NCBI RefSeq assembly: GCF_016433145.1
Contig: NC_058135.1
Span: forward strand, 278,829,981-278,893,980
DNA length: 64,000 nucleotides
Origin: Gracilinanus agilis
Taxonomy: Eukaryota
Reading direction: 5' to 3'
Shown: positions 1-13,400 of the stretch, piece by piece
Numbering within the stretch: the stretch's first letter is position 1
Layout: each line of letters opens with the position of its first letter
Made by a program: the position numbers and the translations under genes
Notes under the pieces: generated by a model
Told to the model about the DNA's origin: nothing
Seen by the model: only the letters and a program-made list of their open reading frames with translations
Databases searched by the model: none

Positions 1-320
1 GGCCGGCCGGGAGAGGCCGGGGAGCGACGAACGCGCGGCTGCCGCGCCAAGCCCGGCCCGACCCCCGAGGTCTGGGTCCCCGAGGCCGGCGTCCTGCCCC
101 CTACAATCCTCCCCCCCCCTCCCCCGGCCTCTGGCAGCCTGGCGGCCGAGGGTTCGGCCCCCCACCGCTCCCACCGCCCGGCGACCTCGCGGGCTCCCGC
201 CGTACCAGGGCTACTGCCCCCATTTTACCGATGGGGAAATAGATGCTTTGCCCGTGGTTGCACAGCCAGGGTTCTGAACCCGAGTCTGACCAGGCGTCCG
301 AAAAACAGTGTGGGAGTCCC
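1..320 (+). promoter_or_regulatory. CpG island at the ZDHHC5 5' end (exon 1 / start of intron 1)
   Basis: Very GC- and CpG-rich stretch at the window start, about 3.3 kb upstream of the exon-2 acceptor. Exact exon-1 boundaries are not resolvable. Confidence 0.65.
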
Positions 321-2501
321 GGCTCTGTCGTCTGGAGAAGACTTGGGTGACCCTGGGCAAGTTGCTCCCCCTTCCTGGGGCCTCATAAAATGGGAATATA
401 GAGCGAATGATCTGTACTGCTCCTTCAGCCCCCAAATTAGTGAGCCCCGGACACTGGGCCGGTTACCTCCCCTCCGTGAATCTCAGTTTCTTCCTCTGGG
501 AAATGAGCAGCTTTTTAGTTGGAGCCGCACGGAGACGATCTCGAAAGCGGCCCCGTCCACGTTTACATCCTAGGAAAGGGAGTAGGTTGGGCTCACTCTT
601 CACAGCTTCTCTGGGCACTGCCCCTGTGTCTCTAGCATTGGCCCCTCTCAGTACGTCCTGGGGTCACTCGGCTCTCTGCTAGACCTGTCCACAATGTCCC
701 CACCCGCCCACCTTTTCAGCCCCAGCTGGGCTCAGACCCTCCTGGCCCAGTGTTAGGAAACCTGGGGTTCAGCTTGGCCTCAGGTAGCTATTTCCTCGAT
801 GCTCTGCCATTCCATTAGGCGTGTGCAGTACTGTCAACATCTCCCCAAATTTACTAGAAGCATTAGAGTGGAACTTTGCTTCAGTTCTGTCACCCGAGTC
901 AAAGCTTCTTGACCCCATTTGAAGTTTTCTCTGCAAAGATCCTGGAGGGATTTGCCACTTCCTTCTCCAGCTCATCCACGGATGAGGAAACTGAGGCAAA
1001 CACGGTAAAGTGACCTTCCCTTGAACTTACTGTTTTTGAGACTTAGCTAGAGTGCTTAGGTTTAAGAACTTTGGTCAGGATCAAAGTGCTGACTACACTG
1101 CCTCTCTATTATTATCCTGTTTATTAACATAGCATTTCTTATAACTTCTCTCTTGGATCACTTACTAGTAACCACTAGATTTCAAGACATTCCTAATGCA
1201 CAGACATCTTCCGCATATTCTTAGTTGCATCTTTGAAATCTCTGACTTCAGAGTAGTATAGCTCTCTTTCTTAAATATTTATATTAGTGCTGGTGTCTTG
1301 GTTTGACATGCCATACACATTATTCCATTTGTTTTCCATATTGGTGTGGATTCAGATTACTCCCTTGATATTTATAAACTCAACAATCATTACATCCTTA
1401 TGATATGACTAGGAGGAGCTTCTCCACCTACATTACTAGATTTTAGTGCCCAGTTTATGTTTACCTGCACTGTTTCCAATATTTTATACCCTTTTGTCCC
1501 TGTCTTTCCACTGTTTGAGCCCACATTCATATTCATTTTTGTATAAAGCACAATATGAAATAATAGATTTGATGTCTATATTTTGGAATAGATGACAATG
1601 TACTTCTATACACAAATGAAGAATTTTAGTTTCTTATTCCACAACTGGCTCCTTTTATAACCATTCCTAAATTCCAGATAGTGAGCTCCCTGTTCTATTG
1701 GGGAAAAGCTAGGTGCTTTTGGATTGGTATGTCATTGATTCCTTTCCAAAAGTGTGGTCTGTAATCCTTGATACTGAGTCAGTAGATCTTTCTGCTATGA
1801 ATGAGAGCAATTAGAACTAGCCTGTGAGATAGCTTGTTAAATTGAAATGACACTGTCCTTGGAGTCAGCAAGATCTGGATTCAAGACCTGCCTCTGACAC
1901 ATACTGACTTTGTGACTCTGGGCAAGTCATTTAATCTTTCAGTGCTATGGGCAGATTTCTGAGATTCTGACTTGCCAAGGAGCAGTCTGTATTGGTGGTG
2001 GAGGGAATTCTATATGTTGGTGAAATCACAAGTCCTGTCCCTATTCCCTATCTATGTCCTTATACCCAAGAAAGGTAGAATTTCAATTAAATCATTCACT
2101 TAGTCTTATAAACTTGGACTTCAGTGTTGGTATGTTTTAATTGACATTTACATTTAAAATTCTCTTCAAATGGAAAGCAAGTCAAAGAAACCTCTTCTTT
2201 TAGTTTAAAAAAAAACAAGTTTCAGTGGTAAATCCTGTAGGGAGGAGCTGACCCCTGGGGGCCTCCACCTCCAGAGGTGGGAGAGGAAGTGTTGATTCCA
2301 GTTTTGTGCCTCTGTGTCTGATTGCCAGTTATCTCTGGATCTGTGGGACTGTAAAGGAGGAACTGAGCAGGGAGAGGGAAACGAGACCCTTCCTACAGAT
2401 CATTGACTTGGATGTCTAATTCTTGATCTTTGGTGATTCCAATTTTTTTCTCTCCTATATCTAGCAGTGATGGTTGAAAAAGGGAGTTGTGGGAGGTCAG
2501 G

Positions 2502-2503
<2 letters not shown>

Positions 2504-2534
<31 letters not shown>
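2504..2534. repeat. (GT)n microsatellite
   Basis: Direct reading. Confidence 0.95.
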
Positions 2535-2535
<1 letters not shown>

Positions 2536-3391
2536 CCAAGTTCTGATCCAATGACTCAGTAAATGTCCTCAAGCACATCTCTACGTTTAACTTTGACTGA
2601 GTAGGGAGGGGAGGCAGTGTGTCATCACATAATAGGAGTAAAGTGCTTTGAGATCACCAGATGAAAAACATCCTATAAAATCCAAAGGGCTAGTGTTAGA
2701 TGGCTGCTGTCATAAACAGTAATAATTGTTCCTGGTAATCACACTTGAGTAGGCGGAGCTGAATTTACTTCCTAATGGGCCAGTTTAAGAAAGAACTGTT
2801 GAAGTTTGCTTTCAGGATTATTAATTTAAATTGAGATATGTGTGAGAGTCCTGAAGTACATTCAGTTCTTTTCCAGTTACCTTTCAGCCCAGAGCTCTGA
2901 TTTCCTTGACTAGATGACTCTGGTTTATCTAAGATAATTACCCTGCCATTACCCCTTTAGAGAGATAGCTAAAAAAGCAAAAGAATTTTGATAAAATAGT
3001 AGAAGTAGGGGTTGAGGTGTTTTATTTTGATTGGCAGTGATTATAGTCTTCTCTTGTAGCAATAACAATAATAACCATACCCTCTTGGCTCAAAGGCTAA
3101 TATCCTTTCTCTCTAGTAGGCCCTCGTGTAGGTTTAGTTTTCTACATACATAAAATCTGTGGCTTCCCATTTCTGTCTGGTTGGATTTGGCAGTCCTTCT
3201 CTTGGGTTAATTGATTCTTCTCATTGAGCTAGGTAGCAGGTCCTTTACTTTCCCATCTGGATCAAAGTTATGGATGTAGGACAGGTATGGTTCTGTTCTT
3301 TCTCCTCAATTGGGTTAGAGTGCTGCTGGCATGCCTTTGGAAAGCCTTTTCATCGATGAATCTCTCTGACATGGCCTTTTGTTTTCTCTAG

Positions 3392-4492
3392 GTGACTCCC
3401 AGTGACCCAACTAAGCCTCTCCAAGAGCCAAGGGGTGAGGAGGAGAGAGCCCAGAGGAGTTAAGAAGAGCCTCAAAGCAGGAGAACCTTCGGAACCCCTT
3501 TCATCCACCGTTGTCTGCCAAAACATCGGTCAAGTGGAACCAACTCCTTTATCCACCTTTGACCAAGTGGGGAGTATGGCTTCTGGGATTTCAAGTTTCC
3601 TCTTGGAATTGCATGAACTCTACAGAAACGGTGGCCCTTGACGGGCTTTGGAGACCTAGGATAGAAAAGCTCTTCCTCCCCTTTCCCTTCCCCCCACCCC
3701 CTTCAAAGGAAAGGATTTACAGCTCAACCTTGCAGCAGCTGTTGCTCAGCTTTAGCCGCCAAGAGGGAAATAAATAACATTAAACCACCATTGCCAGGCA
3801 GCCAGTCCTGGTGAAATTGAGGGGTGGGGGATGTGGCACCAAGGAGACTACTTGAAAGGGGCAGAGATTGGCATGGAAACAGACTCTTTCTGAAGCTGGA
3901 AGGGGGACCCACCTGAAGTTTCTCATTTGGATGAAAGTTAACAAAGACATAGTCTGAATAGGTCCAGCTCACACTTTTGGAACTGTGGCAGCCTTGGTAT
4001 CAACTGAAGGGGCTTTAAGAAGTCCTGTCCTGTCAGCAGCTCTCCGCCTTTGCCCTGGGTGCCATTCTTCCCTGTTCTCTCCCTTCAAAGACCTGTCTCC
4101 ACCCATGAGCCCGTCTCTGATCTGTCTGTCTGCCCATGTTCTCAGCCTGCGGCCATCTGCATGTATACAGCCCACATCTCCTCTGCGCCTTTTAAACTGT
4201 ATAAGTTGTGCTGCCTAATCACCCCTACCCATTTCATCCTGGAAAAGGGGTTATTCACCTGTTGGTTTCTCCTTTCCCCCTCCCATGCTTTTTGTTTCAT
4301 TTGAAATCCTCTGACCTTTGGTTTTATTTGGGAGGGGGAAGGGCAGTAGTTTTGAACTCTAGTCCCCAGGTTTCCTACTGTGCTCCCCTTCCTCTCTGTC
4401 TCCATTGATCCCACATCCCATTTTCTTACCCATTCTGCCACTGTGTGGGCCTGGGCTATGCGGCAAGGCAGATCTCCCACTAGAGCTCCAAC
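3392..4492 (+). other. ZDHHC5: ZDHHC5 long 5' UTR portion of exon 2 (about 1.1 kb)
   Basis: Polypyrimidine acceptor ttttgttttctctag|G ends at 3391 and the sequence runs to the ATG at 4493. Size fits my recollection of the long human exon 2. Confidence 0.7.
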
Positions 4493-7400
4493 ATGCCCGC
4501 AGAGTCTGGAAAGAGATTCAAACCCAGCAAGTATGTGCCCGTCTCAGCAGCTGCCGTCTTCCTAGTGGGATCCACAACACTCTTCTTTGCCTTTACGTGA
4601 GTTTGACACTGGTAGTAGGGGAAGCAGGGGGGTAGGCATTCCCTGTAGTTACTGTTAGAGATGGGGGCATTTCCAGTACTCAGAGAGATGGCAACAAAAG
4701 GGGGATAAGTGGAATTAGAACTGAGGACATTGAGGTGACCCAGTAGATTGAGAGCTAGGCCTAGAGACTGGGAGGTTTAGGTTCAGACAGAACCTCAGAC
4801 ATTTCCTGACTATGTGACCATGGGCAAGTCATTTAACCCTCATTGCCTAACTTCTCTTCTGCCTCAGAACCAGTGCACAAAGTAAGGGTTTAAAACAAAA
4901 ACAAAAAAAGAATTGGCATACTTAACTTTTATCCAACTTTGTGGTGGCTTTATAACTAGTTTCCTGTTCTGTGGAATCCTAGATGTCTTCCCATGATGCC
5001 AATGGAGCTCCATCATTAGATAATCCAGGAAGGGCAAGGGCGTAGGAAGAAGCTGTCAAGACCTGAAGAGGCTTAAGCAGTCAGTTGTGAATAGAGCTGT
5101 GTGAGGGAACAGGTGAGCTTAGGGTTCTCTGAGGCCTCCAAAGGGAATGGCTCTTGCCAGGTGTCTTGAGCCTTGAGACTGGGTGGACTGGGAGAGTTCA
5201 AGAGTCTTTGAACTGATTGACACTGAGCAGCTGCAACATAAGCTTGGTTTTACCTGCTATCACTCTGATGGCTTGGTCCCTAGACTCAGGAAGCCTGAGA
5301 GTGTATTGGAGAGGCCAACTGCTACACCTTTTGTCCCAGAGAAGAGGATTCCCTTAGAACAAACCTGATTTGGAAACCCTTGCATATAGTGGGTTAGTTA
5401 CAAAGCCTTCTCAGTTCATGCTAGAGTGAGCAGAGATCATTTTCCTTCTAAAGTCAGTTTGAGAAGCTGAGCATTTGGAAGTCTCCCATGCTTCTGGAAG
5501 TCAGAGAGTTTACTTGCTGGCACCTGCTGAAGACTTTGGGATGGGGGTGGAGGTGAGAGCGGGTTGTGGCTGAGATTGTTGAAGCCATTCGTATCTGTCT
5601 GCTAGTTCAGAGTGGTACTTTGTCAGGATTTGTCAGAGTAGCAGAGTTTCTGAGAGGTTCTCTTTGCCCTGATTATTTATTTTTGATTGAACCCAATTAC
5701 CCAAATTAATGAAACATTCAGAACTCTATTTTCCACAGTGAGATTCTCCTGGGAATAGAAAGAAGGAATATCACAGATTAGAGTGAAGAGGTCAAGAGTC
5801 ACTCTGGGAGGGATATTTTGGAGACAACGGGGGACCTTGGTTTGACTTTCCTTTGGAGCTGTTTGATGTGAAGACATATGCCAGAAAAGAAACTGCCTCT
5901 GAATTACCAGAGGGAAAATGGAGAAGGAAAGCCTCATCGTCTAGTGGCTAGAGTTCTATCCTTAAAGACAGATGATCGGAATTCACTTTTGTCTCTGAGC
6001 CTTACTGTCAGTGACTCTGAGGTGACTTAGAGCGAGGTCCTTCCTGCCTGGTTAGGGTGTTTAGAAGGAAGGTGGGTCATAAACCTTAGTCAGTGTCAAG
6101 GATCTGGGATTTTGTGGGTGTGAGAATGCACTCCACCCAGACTGATGAAACCGGGCTGAGATAAGGCTGAGTTGCCTGAGGCTCAGAGCAGTTCAGAGAC
6201 TTGTCCCTGGTTGCAGAGCTAGGAAATGTGTCCCTGGGAGAGTTTGAATGGGAGGTCTTCCTTACTCCTTCGTGACCCCATGCTGCCTCTCTCTCTCTCT
6301 CTCTTTTTTTTAAACCTTCAAATACTATAAAACATGAGCTCTTATTTAGTTGGTATAACAAATGGAAAATTTGAGACCCTTGCTTGGAAGACAATCAGTG
6401 AAGTGATAACCAGCTTCTGTGCTTCATGGAGCTGGCCAGCTGAGGTCCCATTCAGCTTGTAATGTCTGCCTGAAAAGAGGGAGAAGTAAATGATGGGTGC
6501 CTGAGAGAGTCCCTGGGCTCCCACCTCCTCAGTCTGACCAGGCCAGCTGGGCCCCACCAAGGACAGAAAGTAGTTGAGTCCTGTGTACTACTTAGCCTTT
6601 ACTTCCCATCCAGAGTCTGTGTTTTCTCTGCATATATTATCCTTCATACACGGACCACTGGGAGAGGACTGAGATCACAGCAAGCAGTCATTATTTGACC
6701 CAAAGGATCTTAATATGTTAGCTCCAGTATTCTAGTGGCAGCAACAGTAGCAGTGATACTGGGACAAGACATGTGCACTTACATCCATCATGGCATCCTT
6801 GAATATTCATAGAGGCTTAAGACGTCAAAGGGCATGTATATGTGCATGTGTGTGTGTGTATGTATGTATGTACAAGTTCTCTCTCCTTCTCTCTTGTTCC
6901 CCTCTCCCTCTTTTTTTTCCTTCCCTTTCTTTCATCCACCCATCAACCCATGAAAACATCTCAGCAGTTCAGAGTGGGTTGATGGGGACTGTCTTGAATC
7001 TGATGGTTGCTGAGCTAGACTGAGCAGGAGGCACTATCTTTCCCATTTCCTGACTTGCTCATCAGGGACCATTGAAGTGTTTGCCTGGTTACACCAGTTT
7101 GCCCAGAACAGAAATGTCCTGAAATAGGCGTTTCCTCAGCTGATGGCTGAAACTGTCTAACCTACTTTCCTACATTCTATTAAAACTTTCTCCTTTCTTT
7201 GGTGCCAGTGACATAGGGAATCTTAATTGTCCATGGGCCCCTTCTGCTCAGGCAGAGAAACAATGAGCTTTTGGAAAATAATATTAGTTAACTCTGGAAG
7301 CTCTTTTAGGTTAGGAGCAGAAGTTTTTAGCAGGTGTCTTTCATTCAGAGCTGAGATTGCCCTAACTTGGAATGACAGGATCTCTCCACAGTGCCTCTTT

Positions 7401-10400
7401 GTTTTTGTTTTTGTTTTGACTGAAACCCTTATTTTCTGTCTTAGTAACAACTCTACAGCAGAAGGGCAAGGACTAGCCCATACAGTCCAGGGTCCTACAG
7501 CTAGGAAGAGTCTGAGATCACTTTTAAATCCAGGTCCTCCCAACTCCAGGCCTGACTATTACTGTGCCACCTCACAGTCCCTCACAGGGCCGGTTTCTAA
7601 ACTGCTTGTCTAGGATCTACTTTCTCCACATCCTTCCTATTTCTCTTCCCCTGGTTAGCCATCTCATTTTTCATCTGTAGCTTCATATCTCTCTTGTTTG
7701 ACTGAGGCATTTCCCCCACAGACACTAGATAATGAACCGAGCTATGGTTTGAAAAGCAGGAAAGAGGTCAAAGCTGAGTCTGAAGTAACCCTTTCCTTAT
7801 TTTTATCTTGGCCTTAGTCATCCTTACTTTTATTATCCTTCCCTTCCTACCCTCCTAACCCCCCCCTATCTTAAGTCTGCTCCTTACATTGTTGCTGTGT
7901 AAGATCCACTTGTGGGGCCTGAGGGGGTTGGGAATGAGAGGAAAAGGATCTTTTAACTGGTAGGTTTAATTAGCAAAAGCATGTGGTTTTCAACTAATTA
8001 GAAATAATTTTCCTTCTCATTTGCTTCATCAAGTAAGGAGAGACCATGAATATAAATCATCTCCATCTGTCCTACAGGTAAAAGATGGAGTATCTTAGAA
8101 GCCTCCCTGTCCTACTGGGGGCTTGGACACAACAGCTGGCCTTTCCCTCAATCCGTGCGGCCCTTTCCCCATACCTCGTTCTCACATTCTGAAGTTAAAT
8201 GGCTGCATAGGAATTCTGGCTTGTTTGATACTTTTTTACACTTTGCCAAAGGGAAGTTGTCTGGTAGCAGAATAGACTCCTTTTCTGCTTTCTTAAGAGA
8301 AGAGGCCTGATTTCTAATATTCATAAATTCTAATGAATTTGAATTAATTTTAATATTACTGAGCAAAGAGGCAGTGGAGTAGTGGAGAGTATTATTCTGA
8401 GGTCAAGAGCCTGGGAATCAGAGCAGGCTTCCAATCCCAACTTGGCCACAACTAGCTTTGTAACTCCACTGGACAAGTAATTTGACCTCTCTGGGCCTCA
8501 GTCATTTTTTAAATGAAGCAGTTGGACTAGCTTGTGTCCACGGCCCCATTCCAGGTCCAAAAAGCCAGATTCTAAATTATTAAGCTTGTCAGTTTCTCCG
8601 TTTGTAAAACTTGAGTGAAGAAACCATTTGCTTCCATTCATTGTTCCTCTAAGGGATATTGGGGAGGGGGGTGTCATTGTGGCCAGGAAGTCCTTTGTGA
8701 AGATTGCTACAGGTAGGCTTTTCCTCTGGCCACCTCCCAACCCTAGCACTCAGGAGACGGTCGGAAAGTCAGAATGTTTGGGGTCTGCCAGTCCCTTGGT
8801 ACATTTCTCATCAAGGTGGCGTTGGTTATTAGTTCCACTTTAATGGGACTGACTGAGTAATAGCTGGTTTTTTCCCTCCTCTCTTTGCACCTATTCCTCA
8901 CCAAGAATGCTTAGGTTCGATGAAGGTGAACCTGGCAAGAATAGCAAGGAAGGGGCACAGATCAGTCAAATTTGGGGGCAAGAGGGCAACTCCCTCCATG
9001 CTAAGAAAGTGCTTTTCTTCTAATTTTGGAGAGGAGCCCCATAGAAGTGAGGAGGTGGTGTTCAAGGGCAGGAGACGAGGAAAATCTCTGATTGGAATTC
9101 CAATCCTGAGGGGCCGAGGAAGAGCTGCGTTCTTTACTCCCTGTCTGTGAACACTTATCAAATGCTTTTATTATGCTAGGCATTGGTGGAATGTCTTGAA
9201 GAGACCAATCCTCCTTCTCTAGGTACTTGCTTGTCTCCTGCTTGCAGTTGCCTTTGGTTCAGACAGGAAAAGTGGAATTGGAGATATTGGGACTGGAATG
9301 ATAATTAATAATGATGATAGCAGATAACAATGTTTCCTTGTTCCTTTTAGCCAATGAGTATTCAATGTTAGACCAGGTGCTTTTAAAGAAGAATTCCCGA
9401 ATCTTTGTAAACATTTTCCCCCTCATTCTCAGACTTGATTATACAGCTGAAGAAACACAGAATCGTGAGAGAGATTCAGTGACTTAACTAACCATGGCCA
9501 CATAGCAAAGGCCACTCCCCCAGATCCTCCAGAGGCCCAGTTCAGTTTACTCTCTACTGGCTTGGTTTTGCCTCTCATTGAGGCATTTGGGGGAGGACCT
9601 AGAAGATAAGAATTGAGGGAAGTGGGCATTGGAACCCATCCTCCTCTCATTCCATTTGACAGAGTGGGCAGAGGAACCTGTTTGTCCTGGGGTGGTACAG
9701 GTCGAAGAGTCCTGTCTGTGAGTCAGCCAACCTTCTGGGCTTAAGCCGCTCCCCAAATCTCTGGAGCTCTGTGATTATTGCCATGGGCTGAGAACGAGCC
9801 CTAACAACTCCCTTCCTCAGCCCAGACCTCCCCTCCCTCATCAAAGGGAGCAAATTCAGACAGGCTGCTTGGGGTGGTCCCCCAGGAGCTCTACTGGGCA
9901 CCATAGCAACATAGTCCCTCCCTAGGCCAGGAAGAAGATACAGGGAGGCAAGCAGAGACTTTGCTCATGCATGCCTCTCCTTTGTAGTATATTTTGACAG
10001 CTGGGTCTCCTTGGAAGCTGGAGCAGAGATCTCTGCTGCATTCAAGCAGGGTTGCTGGCTTTAAGTCCCAGACTCAAACACTATGGGAGGATGGTTTCTC
10101 TTGACATCAGATTAGGGTTTAGTCCTGTATACCTTGGCTGGAGCAGATTTGAAGGAGATTCTGAAGGGGACTAAAGATCATCTGAAGAAGAATGCCTGAA
10201 AGGTTTGAAGAGAACTGACTGAGTTAATTTGATTTGGGAATAAGGAAGCCCAGTGCTAAAAGGGACCAGGGAAGTTGGCACATACTCATGGGGGCTGTTA
10301 CTCTGAAACTTATTTTAAAACTTCCTAGGAACTTCTGGGTTTCTTGAAGGATAAGGGAAATACTTGTTTCCTTTGCCAAAAGCTGATCATAGTAAGACAT

Positions 10401-13400
10401 GGTCAATAGTTTTGTTTTTTTAAAATATGGTTATCTCCTGTGATATCCATGATTTCCCCTTTCAGTTGTTCTCCTTAGGAAGAAGCTATAGGAATAGACA
10501 GCATGAGAGTCAAATGAATCAACCCTCTTTTCCCATAAATGGAAGGGACACTGCTAGGAAGAGGTGCCTACTTGGGTGACTGGTTTTCTTCATTCCTCCT
10601 CCATTCCTCAGAAGAATGAAGGCGGCTAGTCCTTAGGGTGGAACTGGGAGGGGAATCCTCTTTCTGATTGTTTTCCCTCCCCATCTCTCCTTAATTCTCT
10701 CTCATGTGAGAGACCATCTTCTATAAACACTAGACCCTCCAAGAAGATCTCTCTTTGTCCTTATGTCAGCGTAAAGCTCATGCTGGCAGGAGCAGAGGAC
10801 TTTGAGTTGAACCACTCTGGGTCCCATAGGAGAAAAATGGGTACCCTGATCCCATCCTTATCTTGAGGAGAGCTACGCCACTGATCTCTGACATGTAAAG
10901 AGACCGGAGGCCTCTGATAGTGTCTCTTGGGACCATTGGAGGGCAATTTGAAGTATCTAGTATTTCCAAGGATACAGATAGCCGTGTGCCAAATTTGGTC
11001 TGAGTTTTATCAGAGCTTAATTCCCTCTAGTCCCTCTCTGGTGCTTTTCTTGGGGGAGGTGAGTTGAGGGGGGACTTGTCCTCTAAGAAGCCTTCCCTTA
11101 TGTTGGTTGAGACCATCTTGATAGAATCCTTGGCTGCTGTGGATTAAGCCACTGGGACCATCTGCCACTGTGTTCTCCTGGCTCCTCTGTTCTTTACTTC
11201 AGACTAGGCTAAGAAAAGGGGGCAAGGACACATGGTGCCCTAGTTTGGGGGTGGGGGTGGGGGGGATTAAGCTCCTAGTCACAAAGTAGATTAGTGTATT
11301 ATGCCAGTGTCTTCCAAAAGGAAGTCCTCTTGAGCTGGGAAGAGGCCCTTCCCTCAGGACAGACAGTGTAGTGCTGTAGAAAAGTCAGAGGAACTCATTT
11401 CAAATCCTACCTCTGATGCTTCTAACTTTGTGACCATGGGCAAGCCACTTAACTTTACTTGTAAAATTAGGTGGTTGGAACAGAAGGTGGGGGAAGGGAA
11501 TAAGCATTTCTATAGGTTTCTTTATATTTATTAGGATCTGCAATTACTGCTTTTACCAGCATCTCATTTGATCCTCACAACACCCCTGCAACAAATGTAT
11601 TGCTATGGTTATCCTCATGTTACAGTTGAGAAGACTGAGGCAAAGAAGTTGAATGACTTGCCCAGAGTCACACAGCTAGTATCCAAGGCTGAATTTGAAT
11701 TCTCATCTTCCTGACTCCAGGCCCAGTCCTCTCTCCAGGACTCTTCCACCAGCTGCCTCAAATAGATGACCTCTGAACTCTTCTAGCTCTAGATCTAGTC
11801 TCCTTTTATCCCAGGACTTGGCGATTCTATTGGCATAGCAGATAGCAGCCTTCTCAAACTCTCAACTCTCATGAAATTCCTAGAGAGAGTGAGGATTTCA
11901 GTAGGATTTCCTCAGGAAAGGAACTGAACCATGTTTCTCATCTCAGTCTTCTGGTAGATATTTTAATTCTGTTGTGAATTGGCTTAGTAGGCTTTTCTAG
12001 TTTCCCTATTCCTTTTATTACTCAGTTAGGAGTTCTTTAGGCCGAGTCCTAGTAACTCTGATTCATTTTTAGGCCTGAAGGAGAGGGGGCACTCCTTGCT
12101 GTTTTGTTAACATTCTCTTGAATAAAAACTCAGTTGAAGAAACTCCAGGTGGCTGAGAGTTCAATGGGAAACATAGTGCTAGGGTTCAGAGTCACCCAGG
12201 AGTGAGGGCAAGGGAGGAGGAGAAGCTAGTGTGGAACTTGGCTAGAATCCAGAATCTTTAGGCCATTCTAGAAAGGGGATGTGGTTGGTATTTTTTCCTA
12301 GTTGTCCCTTCTGGTTGGATGGGAGGGATGGATTCTAAGAAATTTTAGTAGGTTCCCAGAATGAATGGGCCTTTAGTATTTCAGAGATTCGTTTCTTTAG
12401 TGGGAGGAAATAGGCCTAAGTGACAGAGGGTTAATGTGGCAGGGATTCCTTTAGTCTTTGTTGCAATCTGTGGGAAATCAGATCTACTTCTCCAAAGGTT
12501 GAGACATAGGAATGGGGATTTGAAAAAGTCAAGAGAAACCTCACACCAGTCTTGTACGTGGTTCTAGAAGCTGATCTAAAGAGAGCTCCCTGACTGTTGG
12601 TTCTCCTTTTGGTGTCAGGTAGGGAGAAGCCCTGGTATCCAAGAGCATGGCTTTCTCCTGGGGGAAGCTCTAGTACATCAGCCAGGTCTCTGAGGAGCTT
12701 TGTAGTACTCTGCAGGATGTGGGCAATGGACCACGGTAGTAAAGGAGGTCTGTCATTCAAGGTTGCTCCTCTTATGACCCTTTTTCCTCTTCTCTGTACA
12801 GGTGCCCAGGGTTGAGCCTGTATGTGTCACCTGCAGTGCCCATCTATAATGCTGTCATCTTCCTCTTTGTGTTGGCCAACTTCAGCATGGCCACCTTCAT
12901 GGACCCGGGCATTTTCCCCCGAGGTAAGACCTTCTTCCCTCTGGGCTGCTCTGTGAGAAAGAATAATGAATACAGTTGGCCCTAGACCTTAAGAATTTGA
13001 GGATTATGGGATTTATTTACAGAGCAGAAAAGAGGGGTCCTAGGACTCAGATCCCCAGGGAAATGTATTCACATTTAGCTCCAAACTCAAGATTGGTGAG
13101 AATGGGGTATTCCTGACCTTCGTATGTAGCATAAGGCACTATAAATCCAGTGATCCTATTTGTGGGCAAAGGCCACTTCCTTGCCCCCCCCCTTTCCCCA
13201 CTCCCTTCTTTTTCCTAGTTTCTTTTAATAAGTTGTAAAAGAGCCAAGGCCTAGGGCTGCAGCAGTGACATATGGAACCCCAAGGGATCGTTCATTTCTT
13301 ATTTACTGAGGATCGACTGTGTCTAAAACATGGGGCTAGGTGTTCTTGAGGATACAGAGATTTTAAAAAATACATTCCCTCAGAGACCTTTTAGGCTACT

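Noticed and set aside
3100-3108. Perfect AT-AC U12 donor ATATCCTTT in ZDHHC5 intron 1
   Set aside because: No matching branch site or AC acceptor identified; one 9-mer match in 64 kb on two strands is plausible by chance.
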